This document shows, piece by piece, positions 53,651 through 62,062 of a stretch of DNA of 64,000 bases. Origin of the DNA: an uncultured candidate division Zixibacteria bacterium (GTDB lineage Bacteria; Zixibacteria; MSB-5A5; GN15; FEB-12). The notes beneath the pieces are model-generated. The model saw only the letters and a list, made by a program, of their open reading frames with translations, was not told the origin of the DNA and made no database searches. The DNA lies in the NCBI GenBank assembly GCA_963664195.1, contig OY760907.1, positions 2,368,001-2,432,000 of the forward strand, given 5' to 3'. Position numbers and translations under genes: made by a program. Position 1 is the stretch's first letter, and every line of letters begins with the position of its first letter.

Positions 53651-54257
53651 ACTGTTACTAACCGCCGCGGCCTTGTTGATGCTAATCGGGTGTGGTGCTC
53701 CTTCACCCGGTGACGAAGGCACTGCCGATGGTCAGGCAGATGGCGCTCGTGACTCTCGCGGTTTCGACCCGCTTGAACTGCCGGCCGATCGTGAGGTTGT
53801 TCCGGACAAGTACCCGCGTTCAGGCAGCATATCAGGGAAGGGTGTGCTTGTTGATGCCACCCAGCCTGATACCACTGCCGACTCTACCTATGCGACACTA
53901 GAGAATTTCTCTGAACCGGTTGACAGTCTGAATAACCAGGCCTATCGCGTCCAGATTTTCACTACCAAGCTGTACCGTGAGGCACGCGAGGCGGCGAGAG
54001 TGGCCGAGGAAATATTCGACCAGCGCGTCTATGTCGATTACGAGGTGCCTTACTTCAAAGTCCGTGTTGCCAGTTTCAGCGACAGGGACAAGGCTGAGGA
54101 GTACCAGCAGAAAGCCAAGACCGCCGGGTACACCAGCGCGTGGGTGGTGACGGTAAACATCAATGTCAAGGAAACGGCGCCGCTCTACGACGATTACGGT
54201 ACGCCGATCATGATCGAGCCTGAGGATACGGTAATCAATGGCCCTGATGAAAACTGA
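53625..54257 (+). CDS. SPOR-domain lipoprotein
   Basis: Lipobox LIGC; YRVQIF...PYFKVRV..F....A......GY..AWVV. Confidence 0.85.
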   Translation: MKRTTSICRLLLTAAALLMLIGCGAPSPGDEGTADGQADGARDSRGFDPLELPADREVVPDKYPRSGSISGKGVLVDATQPDTTADSTYATLENFSEPVDSLNNQAYRVQIFTTKLYREAREAARVAEEIFDQRVYVDYEVPYFKVRVASFSDRDKAEEYQQKAKTAGYTSAWVVTVNINVKETAPLYDDYGTPIMIEPEDTVINGPDEN

Positions 54258-54885
54258 AGTCCGGTCTATTGACAAGGACAACCCGGCGATCCGCGAATTG
54301 ATGCATGCCGCAGACAACCTCATGTTTGGTCGTTTGGTCGTGGCTCCGACCGAGACGCAGTACGGTCTGTTAGTCCGCGCCGACAAACAGGTTACCATTG
54401 AGCGCCTGTATCGTGCCAAGGCACGCGACCTGAATCAGCCAACCTCGATTTTTGTCCAGAACCCCGAAGATATTGCTTCGTACGGTAAAGTGAACGACTT
54501 CGCACAGAAGCTGATCGATGCGTTTATGCCGGGGCCGCTGACACTCGTGCTTGAGGCAATCACCGATTGGCCTGCGCCGCGTGTGGTCGATGGCAAGATA
54601 GGGGTGCGCTGCTCCAGCACCGTCCTGATTCGGAAGATTCTTGAGATGCTGGACTTTCCGATCTCCAGCACCTCGGCAAACCTTTCGGGACGGAGGGACC
54701 GCTGCACGGTAGAAGAAATCAAGGCGGACCTTGGTGACAAAGTGGAATTGTACCTCGACGCCGGTCCACTGACGGGGGAGCCTTCGACCGTAGTTGATTG
54801 CAGTGATGAAACACCTCGCATTCTTCGTGTCGGTGCGATCAGTGCCAGAGAGATTGAGCGGATTGCAGGAAGCAATAATGACTGA
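54238..54885 (+). CDS. L-threonylcarbamoyladenylate synthase (Sua5/YrdC/TsaC)
   Basis: PTET.YGL, K.R, PGPLT, STSANLSG, PSTVVD. Confidence 0.92.
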   Translation: MALMKTEVRSIDKDNPAIRELMHAADNLMFGRLVVAPTETQYGLLVRADKQVTIERLYRAKARDLNQPTSIFVQNPEDIASYGKVNDFAQKLIDAFMPGPLTLVLEAITDWPAPRVVDGKIGVRCSSTVLIRKILEMLDFPISSTSANLSGRRDRCTVEEIKADLGDKVELYLDAGPLTGEPSTVVDCSDETPRILRVGAISAREIERIAGSNND

Positions 54886-55375
54886 CAATAATACGTATAA
54901 TATTCTTTTCGTCTGCACCGGCAATACCTGCCGATCTCCCATGGCCGAGTATGCGATGCAGTCCCTGCTGGACAAGGAGCGTCCGGGAAAGGCCAGAGTG
55001 CAATCTTGCGGCACGGGGGCAGCCGAGGGATATCCTGCCACACAGTACGGTCAGGAAGCGGGCAAAATGTGGGATCTGGACATGTCCGGTCATGCCTCGC
55101 AATTGATTTCACCGGAGCTCATTGACTGGGCCGATCTGGTTTTCTGCATGTCTTACGAACACCACCGTGAGGTGCTGAGACTATCGTCCGGTGCTGCAGA
55201 CAAGACATATCTGCTGAAGAAGTTCCCGGACAATGCACCGGTAGGGGAGAGTGTCGAAGATCCTATCGGGCAGGCCCTGCAGCGATACAACGAGACATTC
55301 CTGGAAATCGGCGAGTATCTTGGAAGGCACCTGCCGGAGATACTCAGGCGCGTGGATGAGAAACAGCATGCCTAA
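54878..55375 (+). CDS. Low-molecular-weight protein phosphatase, YwlE-like (protein-arginine phosphatase)
   Basis: P-loop CTGNTCRS, DP.G acid loop; follows sua5 as in ywlC-ywlE. Confidence 0.85.
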   Translation: MTDNNTYNILFVCTGNTCRSPMAEYAMQSLLDKERPGKARVQSCGTGAAEGYPATQYGQEAGKMWDLDMSGHASQLISPELIDWADLVFCMSYEHHREVLRLSSGAADKTYLLKKFPDNAPVGESVEDPIGQALQRYNETFLEIGEYLGRHLPEILRRVDEKQHA

Positions 55376-56207
55376 GAGGACGTTCGTACAAAGGTTCTTC
55401 GTCTCGCTGCTGATCGTTATCGGGCTGTTTCCTGTCGGCTACTTCTTTTCGGTCGAGATGGGCATCGCACAGGCTTCTACCGAAATCGATTCAACTCAAC
55501 TGGTCTTGCCGGGCTATGATCGCTATGTCGAGAACTCTGCTTTCGGTGTCGGGGAGAAACTCTCTTTCGATATTAAGTACGGTTTTATAACCGCTGGCAC
55601 GGCGACGATGGAAGTCCCCCGTGTGATCGAATTCGAAGACCGTCCCTGCTATCAGATAGTGACCCGTGCCCTCTCAAACAGCTTTTTTTCGAGCTTCTAC
55701 AAAGTGGATGACCAGGTCGAATCCATTATGGATGCAACCGGCATGTACTCGTGGCGGTTTGAGAAAAACCTGCGTGAGGGGAAATATCGCTCCGATCGCA
55801 CGTATGCGTTTGATCAACGCAACAATGCAGTTGTCTACAAGGGTGACACAGTGCAAGTAGAACCTTACGTGCAGGACGCTCTCTCTACGCTGTACTATAT
55901 TCGCACTCAACCGCTTGAGGTTGGCAAATCGATCTGGGTGGAGAATTTTGTCGATGGCCGCAAGATGTCGGTCGAGGTCAAGGTCGTCAAGCGGGAGTCG
56001 GTGACGGTCGATGCCGGTACCTTTGACTGTCTCGTCGTGGAGCCGCTCACGCAATCGGTCGGTGTCTTCAAACATGAGGGGCGCCTGACCGTCTGGCTGA
56101 CTGATGACCGTCTCAGGATGCCAATACTCATGAAGTCAAAGATAGTGGTTGGTTCGGTGACCGCCGAGCTGACCGATTTCGAACTGGGCAGTCTCGAAGA
56201 GTTCTAG
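55368..56207 (+). CDS. DUF3108-like exported protein
   Basis: N-terminal TM; GEKL.F..KYG...AG, D.LS.LYY.R, AG.FDC, WLTDD..R.P. Confidence 0.8.
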   Translation: MPKRTFVQRFFVSLLIVIGLFPVGYFFSVEMGIAQASTEIDSTQLVLPGYDRYVENSAFGVGEKLSFDIKYGFITAGTATMEVPRVIEFEDRPCYQIVTRALSNSFFSSFYKVDDQVESIMDATGMYSWRFEKNLREGKYRSDRTYAFDQRNNAVVYKGDTVQVEPYVQDALSTLYYIRTQPLEVGKSIWVENFVDGRKMSVEVKVVKRESVTVDAGTFDCLVVEPLTQSVGVFKHEGRLTVWLTDDRLRMPILMKSKIVVGSVTAELTDFELGSLEEF

Positions 56208-56208
56208 C

Positions 56209-57189
56209 ATGGCAGACAAGGCAAGCAAACATCCGGTCGCTGACCTGTCAGAAGTGACTCGTGTTCCCATCGCTAAGCGCGCCAACAAGACAAACATTGG
56301 GGGTTTTGGCCGCCCGGTTGAATCAACCGCTGACGCTGCAGAATTCCTTGGTTCGCTGCCCGAATTTCTCAAAGCTGCCGATCTCAGAGAATTCATCGAG
56401 CGCGTGGTTGCAGCCCGCAGGGCCGACAGACCGTTTCATCTCATGCTCGGCGCTCACACGATCAAAGTCGGTCTATCGCCTGTCATCATAGACCTGATGC
56501 AGCGGGGGCTCGTGACCGGTCTGTCGTTTAACGGGGCAGGGCTGATTCACGATCTCGAGTTGGCGTTTTTCGGCGGCACCTCCGAGGACGTGCAAAAGGG
56601 GCTTGCCGACGGTACTTTCGGTATGGTCAAAGAGACCGGAGACCTGTACGGCGAGGTCACGCGACTTGCGACGAATCACGGTCTTGGTCTCGGCGAGGCC
56701 GGAGGCCGATTCATGCAGGAGCAGGAGGCGCCGAACCGCCACCTGTCGGTTTTCGCCATGGCGTACGAGCTGGGACTGCCGGCCACTCTCCACGTGGGCA
56801 TCGGCACTGACATAGTCTGTCAGCATCCCACTTTTGATGCCGCGGCCGTTGGGAGAGCCTCGCATGTTGATTTCCGCATTCTGGCCCAAATCTGCGCAGA
56901 CCTTGACACCGGCGGTGTCTTGGCCAATATTGGCTCGGCGGTGATCCTTCCGGAAGTATTCCTGAAGGCGCTCACGGTCGCCCGCAATCTGAACAAGACA
57001 GAGGGCAATCTGACAACCGCCAATTTTGATATGATTGAACATTATCGTCCCCGGGTGAATGTCGTTACCAGGCCGACCTCGGGTGCGGGTAAAGGATACA
57101 GTTTTATCGGTCACCATGAGATCATGATCCCGTTGCTGGCGTGGGGTCTCAAGGACCGATTCCACAGGCAAGAACCAGACGGAGAATAG
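56209..57189 (+). CDS. Deoxyhypusine-synthase-like conserved protein
   Basis: GAH.IKVGL, NGAG.IHD.E, G.FGM..ET, GTDI, GSAVILPEVFLKA, GHHEIM. Confidence 0.7.
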   Translation: MADKASKHPVADLSEVTRVPIAKRANKTNIGGFGRPVESTADAAEFLGSLPEFLKAADLREFIERVVAARRADRPFHLMLGAHTIKVGLSPVIIDLMQRGLVTGLSFNGAGLIHDLELAFFGGTSEDVQKGLADGTFGMVKETGDLYGEVTRLATNHGLGLGEAGGRFMQEQEAPNRHLSVFAMAYELGLPATLHVGIGTDIVCQHPTFDAAAVGRASHVDFRILAQICADLDTGGVLANIGSAVILPEVFLKALTVARNLNKTEGNLTTANFDMIEHYRPRVNVVTRPTSGAGKGYSFIGHHEIMIPLLAWGLKDRFHRQEPDGE

Positions 57190-57192
57190 ATC

Positions 57193-58716
57193 ATGGCGAA
57201 GATTGTTGAGTGTGTACCGAACTTTTCCGAGGGGCGTCGCCCCGAAGTCATCAAAGCTATTTGCGATGCTATCGCTTCTCAGGACGGCGTAACGATTCTC
57301 GATCAGGAGATGGACGGCGATCACAATCGCGCCGTGGTGACGTTTGTTTGCGACGCTTCGTTGGCGGTCGACGCCGCTTTCCGTGGCATTAAAAAGGCCG
57401 GCGAGTTGATCGACATGTCCAAGCATACCGGAGGTCATCCGCGCATGGGTGCCTGCGATGTCTGTCCGTTCATTCCGCTCGGCGATATGACGGTCGAAGA
57501 CGCCGTGGAACTGGCTCACAAACTTGGCAAGCGCGTTGGCGAAGAACTGGGCGTGCCGGTCTTCCTGTACGAAGATGCTGCAACCACGCCGAAGCGCAAG
57601 AATCTCGCCAATGTGCGCAAGGGGCAGTACGAGGGGATGATCGAGGCACTCGAAAAGGACCCGTCGCGCAAGCCCGACTACGGCCCGGCCAAAATGAATC
57701 TCAAGGCTGGCGCGACTGCGGTGGGCGTCCGTTTCCCGCTGGTGGCCTACAACGTGTACCTCGGCTCGAATGATCTGGTCGTGGCGCAGAAGATTGCCGA
57801 TGCAGTGCGCTCTATTAAAGGTGGCTATCGGTTTGTAAAAGCGATGGGGCTGGAAATTTCCGAGCGCAACCAGGTCCAGATTTCCATGAACCTCGTCAAC
57901 TATGTCAAGACGCCTATCTTCCGTGTTTTTGAAACGATCAAGAGTGAGGCCGCTCGCTACGGCATCAACGTCACTTCCTCAGAAGTTGTCGGACTGTTGC
58001 CCAATCAGGCGGTTCTCGATGTTGCCGATTTTTATCTGCGGCTCGAAAGTTTCTCCAAGGAGCAGGTGCTCGAAGAGAAACTGGCAGCCATGGGAACCGG
58101 CGGCGGTTCCGGCGAGACGTTTAATGATGAAGTGGCGTCGTCTTCTCCGGCTCCGGGCGGCGGTTCGGTTGCCGCGGCAGCCGGTGCACTCTCTGCGGCG
58201 CTGGCCTCGATGGTCTGTCGTCTCAGCATTGGTAAAAAAGCCTATGCCAAGGTCAAAGACGAACTCACCGAGGTGCGAGATAAGGGAGATGCGCTCCGTG
58301 CCGATCTTGAGACACTGGTCAAAACCGACATGGAAGCCTTCAACAAGGTAATGGAAGCGTTCAAGCTTCCGAAAGGCTCCGACGAGCAAATCGAGGTCCG
58401 CGATGCCACAGTTGAGGAAGCCAACAAGGGTGCGGCTCAGGTCCCGCTTGAGGTCATGAAGAAATCACTCGAGTGTCTGGCACTGGCAAAGATCGTTGCC
58501 GAGAAGGGCAACAAGAACTCCATCACTGACTCCGGCGTGGCGGGTCTGATGGGACAGGCCGCGGTGGAGGGTGCCGGCTACAATGTGCGTATCAATCTGG
58601 CCGGTATCAATGACAAGGATTTCGTCAAGAAACTGACCAACGAGGCTGCAGCTATCCGCAAGGATGCTGAAACCGTTGCCGCTGAGATCAAGCAGCTGGT
58701 GGAGGCGAAACTCTAG
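57193..58716 (+). CDS. ftcD: Bifunctional glutamate formimidoyltransferase / formimidoyl-THF cyclodeaminase
   Basis: ECVPNFSEG, DHNR, HPRMGA.DV.PF, QISMN; C-terminal PAPGGGS...NVRINL. Confidence 0.93.
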   Translation: MAKIVECVPNFSEGRRPEVIKAICDAIASQDGVTILDQEMDGDHNRAVVTFVCDASLAVDAAFRGIKKAGELIDMSKHTGGHPRMGACDVCPFIPLGDMTVEDAVELAHKLGKRVGEELGVPVFLYEDAATTPKRKNLANVRKGQYEGMIEALEKDPSRKPDYGPAKMNLKAGATAVGVRFPLVAYNVYLGSNDLVVAQKIADAVRSIKGGYRFVKAMGLEISERNQVQISMNLVNYVKTPIFRVFETIKSEAARYGINVTSSEVVGLLPNQAVLDVADFYLRLESFSKEQVLEEKLAAMGTGGGSGETFNDEVASSSPAPGGGSVAAAAGALSAALASMVCRLSIGKKAYAKVKDELTEVRDKGDALRADLETLVKTDMEAFNKVMEAFKLPKGSDEQIEVRDATVEEANKGAAQVPLEVMKKSLECLALAKIVAEKGNKNSITDSGVAGLMGQAAVEGAGYNVRINLAGINDKDFVKKLTNEAAAIRKDAETVAAEIKQLVEAKL

Positions 58717-58719
58717 CGC

Positions 58720-59556
58720 ATGGCAGGACAAGTTGACCTGCACATGCATACTACCTGCTCTGATGGTGCGCTGTCCCCGGCGGAGATTCTGGAGGTCGTC
58801 CGCAAGAAAAAGCTGGCGGCCTTCGCTATTACGGACCACGACACAATCGACGGGTATCGCGAGGCAAAAAGGCTGCTCAATGACGATGATCCGGAGTTGA
58901 TCACCGGGGTGGAGCTGTCTGTGATTGTCGGCGACAACGACCTCCATATGCTGGCATACCTTTTTGATCCGGACGACGAGCAGTTCAATCGGGCGCTCAC
59001 CGAATTCCAAGAGAAAAGGAACTCGCGGAGCCGGGAGATTGTAGAACGGTTGAATCAGCAGGGCATGAATCTGTCTTACGAGGCAGTGGAGAGGGCCGCA
59101 ACCGGGTCGGCGATCGGCAGGCCGCATATTGCCTCGGCCATGGTGGAGCAGGGACTGGTCTCGAGGTTCGACGAGGCATTCAAGGAGTATATTGGTAATC
59201 ACTGTCCGGCATATGTGCCGAAAAGCAAGCTGAGTCCGGAACAGGCGATCAATCTTGTACATGATGCGGGCGGCATTGCGGTGCTGGCTCACCCGTTCAT
59301 AGCGGAGATGCACCTGCATATCGACATGCTGATTGGGCTTGGAATCGACGGGCTGGAGGTGTATCATTACTCGCACAAGCGGCACAACCGCCTGTTGCTG
59401 AAGAAAATGGCCGCCAGGCACGGTCTCGCTCGGACCGGAGGCTCTGATTTCCACGGGCGCCACGAGCATGAAAGTGAGATCGGGGCACAACAGGTTCCTG
59501 CCGATGTTATAGAGGAAATGAAACGAAAGGCACTCCACATACGAGGCACTGCGTGA
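58720..59556 (+). CDS. PHP domain phosphoesterase (TrpH/YciV-like)
   Basis: DLHMHT..SDG, TDHD, GVELS, GRPH, AHP, GGSDFHG. Confidence 0.92.
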   Translation: MAGQVDLHMHTTCSDGALSPAEILEVVRKKKLAAFAITDHDTIDGYREAKRLLNDDDPELITGVELSVIVGDNDLHMLAYLFDPDDEQFNRALTEFQEKRNSRSREIVERLNQQGMNLSYEAVERAATGSAIGRPHIASAMVEQGLVSRFDEAFKEYIGNHCPAYVPKSKLSPEQAINLVHDAGGIAVLAHPFIAEMHLHIDMLIGLGIDGLEVYHYSHKRHNRLLLKKMAARHGLARTGGSDFHGRHEHESEIGAQQVPADVIEEMKRKALHIRGTA

Positions 59557-61535
59557 AAGCATTCGTACACGTTGCACTTATCCTGACCCTGCTGCTCGTA
59601 ATCGGCAATATTGCTGCCGGCGAACTGTCTGAGGAACGCCAGCGGGAGATTATCGAAAACTTCATGTACGTTACCGGCCAGTCTGCCGGTACGGGAACAG
59701 CGACCGCTGTTGATCACGACCACGACCACCCTGCGGGAGTGAAGTGCGGCACGCCGGCGATTCTGGAGTATTATCGCAATCACGACAAGCTCGACCGAAC
59801 GCTCCTCGAAGCTCTTGGAGTTGAGGATGTAATCCGGCCCAATCTCGGGTTGGCCTATGATACTCCGGGTGGAAATATCAAACTGCACTACGATGTTACC
59901 GGTTCCAAGGCCGTGTATGAAGCTACGGTTGACAATAACAGCAACGGTGTGCCGGATTATGTCGAGACGGTTGGTGTGATCGCCGATTCGGCCTGGAATT
60001 ACATTTTCGTCACATCGGGCTACAAACTGCCCGTGTCCGATACGGTGGCTGAAAACGACGGCGGTGACGGTCGTGTCGATGTCTACCTTGAAGGCCTTCC
60101 AAGTCAATACTACGGTCTTACCTATCCGGCCGTCGAGACAAGTCCGACTCAGGCGTTCCCGGCCTTCGTTGTGATCGACAACGACTATGCTCATCTGGAG
60201 GGATACCAGGGTCGGCCGCTCGATGCAGTCCGCGTGACCCTTGCCCATGAGTTGTTCCACACCTCGCATTTCGCCATGGATTACACGGAGGGGATTGACT
60301 GGATCGAGATGAGCGCGGTCTGGATGGAAGAACAACAATACGACGACATCAACGACTACTATAATTATGGCCAGTACTTCTACAATCTGCCGGGACGCTC
60401 TCTGCAAAGCACTACGCTGCTGCACAATTACGCTGCGGCTGTTTGGCCGATATACCTGTCGGAGAAGTACGATCCCGGTGTCATCAAAGCGATCTGGGAA
60501 CGAGCGGCGATCAACCCGTATCCAACGTATCTGCTTTCTACCGATCAGGTGATTGACTCGGTAAGCGATGGAGCTGCCAATTTTCACACGGCCTTCAACG
60601 AGTTTGCCGTCTGGAATTTCTTCACCGGCCCGTACGCGCACCAGGCACCAGGAGGTGTTGGTTATTCTGAGGGCGCGAACTATGAGTCGTTCCCGTACGA
60701 AACGATGGATGTGCACCGGGACTACCCGTTTAGCTCTGCGCTGAATGAGGAGAATCCTTTCTGGCCGGAATACAACGCTACATCGTACGTCAGGTTTGAG
60801 AATCTGGAGTCTCTGGCCAATGACACCAGTCTCTCTCTCTCTCTGTTGCTCGGTCCCAATTCCCTTTACTATGGGGATTGGTGGGGGATTTCAGCTATCT
60901 ACCAGTCTCAGAGTGATCCTGATTCGCATACTGTCGTCTCTTATAACCCGATACGGATATCTGACAGTTATCAGTTCATTCTGATAGATGACCTAATGCC
61001 GGATTTTATACTGGTGGATTCTATCTACACCGATGAGTATCAGTCAGTGACTTTTGTGATGACCGCATCGACGACCGCGCCCGGCCTGTACAGTCCCGAC
61101 CATCTGGCCGCGTTTGCCTTCCGAAGCGCCGACACCAGTTTTGTGGATCCGGACATGGTGAATATCCCGTCGGGACTCCTGGAGCCGTACCCAAATCCTG
61201 CCGTGGTGGGAGAAATGGATGGTATGGACCTGACCTTCAGATTCCAGTTGGCCACCGATAGCACCGGTTTCCCGGTGCTCGAAAACGCCTATCTTCTCGT
61301 CGATCTCTTCACGATTGCGGGTGAACGCATTAATACCATTGAGGGCAGATTCGTTGGCGAGGACCGAACAGGAATTCACCGCAAAGGCGTCTATGAGGTT
61401 GGCTGGAATATGAAAAACGAATCAGGCAAAGACGTTGCGTCGGGTGCGTACCTGGGCTGGGCGCGTCTGTTTGAGAACTCTCAAAAGAAGAACCTGCTGG
61501 CTGAAGATCGTGTAAAGGTCGCCGTTATCAGATGA
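59553..61535 (+). CDS. Secreted zinc metalloprotease-like protein (MXAN_6640-like) with FlgD/T9SS-like CTD
   Basis: Signal peptide; KCGT; NGVPDY; HELFH; W..E..A.WME; CTD YPNP...WN..N..G..VASG.Y. Confidence 0.8.
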   Translation: MKAFVHVALILTLLLVIGNIAAGELSEERQREIIENFMYVTGQSAGTGTATAVDHDHDHPAGVKCGTPAILEYYRNHDKLDRTLLEALGVEDVIRPNLGLAYDTPGGNIKLHYDVTGSKAVYEATVDNNSNGVPDYVETVGVIADSAWNYIFVTSGYKLPVSDTVAENDGGDGRVDVYLEGLPSQYYGLTYPAVETSPTQAFPAFVVIDNDYAHLEGYQGRPLDAVRVTLAHELFHTSHFAMDYTEGIDWIEMSAVWMEEQQYDDINDYYNYGQYFYNLPGRSLQSTTLLHNYAAAVWPIYLSEKYDPGVIKAIWERAAINPYPTYLLSTDQVIDSVSDGAANFHTAFNEFAVWNFFTGPYAHQAPGGVGYSEGANYESFPYETMDVHRDYPFSSALNEENPFWPEYNATSYVRFENLESLANDTSLSLSLLLGPNSLYYGDWWGISAIYQSQSDPDSHTVVSYNPIRISDSYQFILIDDLMPDFILVDSIYTDEYQSVTFVMTASTTAPGLYSPDHLAAFAFRSADTSFVDPDMVNIPSGLLEPYPNPAVVGEMDGMDLTFRFQLATDSTGFPVLENAYLLVDLFTIAGERINTIEGRFVGEDRTGIHRKGVYEVGWNMKNESGKDVASGAYLGWARLFENSQKKNLLAEDRVKVAVIR

Positions 61536-62062
61536 ACATCCGTCCGAGGCTCATTACCCGGATCGCCCTGTTTTCTGCTCTGATCTACGTTTTGTCGTGG
61601 GTTACTGCTTTTCTGCCGAACGTGAATCTTGCTTTTTTCATAGCCTTTTCCGCCGGTTTTCTGTGGGGCCTGTGGCCCGGATTAGCCGTTGGTGGCATCG
61701 GCATGTGGCTCTGGACCTCGTTCAACGCATTCGGCCCTGCCTCGCTGCCGGTGATGCTTGCCCAGGTGACCGGCATGGCGACCTGTGGCCTGATCGGTTA
61801 CGGTTTCAATCGTATGCGCCGTGAATCAACCGGCGGACTCTTGCACAAACTCTGGCTGGTACTCGCCGCATTTGTCTGCACGATTGCTTTTTATCTGCCG
61901 GTGACAGCGATCGATGCCTGGGTGTATCAACCGTTCTGGCCGAGGTTCATTACCGGGTTGCCCTGGATCGGCGTATCGTTGGTCGCCAACGCCATCGTTT
62001 TTGTTGTGCTGTTTGGTGTGACGCTGCACCTTCAGAGCAGAGAACTCGGAGCAAGAACGTGA
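61532..62062 (+). CDS. ECF transporter S component (CbrT-like)
   Basis: About 5-6 TMs, ITRIALFSAL, LPNV, G...G...G pattern. Confidence 0.75.
   Translation: MNIRPRLITRIALFSALIYVLSWVTAFLPNVNLAFFIAFSAGFLWGLWPGLAVGGIGMWLWTSFNAFGPASLPVMLAQVTGMATCGLIGYGFNRMRRESTGGLLHKLWLVLAAFVCTIAFYLPVTAIDAWVYQPFWPRFITGLPWIGVSLVANAIVFVVLFGVTLHLQSRELGART

Noticed and set aside
56473..60716. Long minus-strand ORFs (348, 370 and 449 aa)
   Set aside because: Antisense to the DHS-like, ftcD, PHP and protease genes, which carry clear motifs
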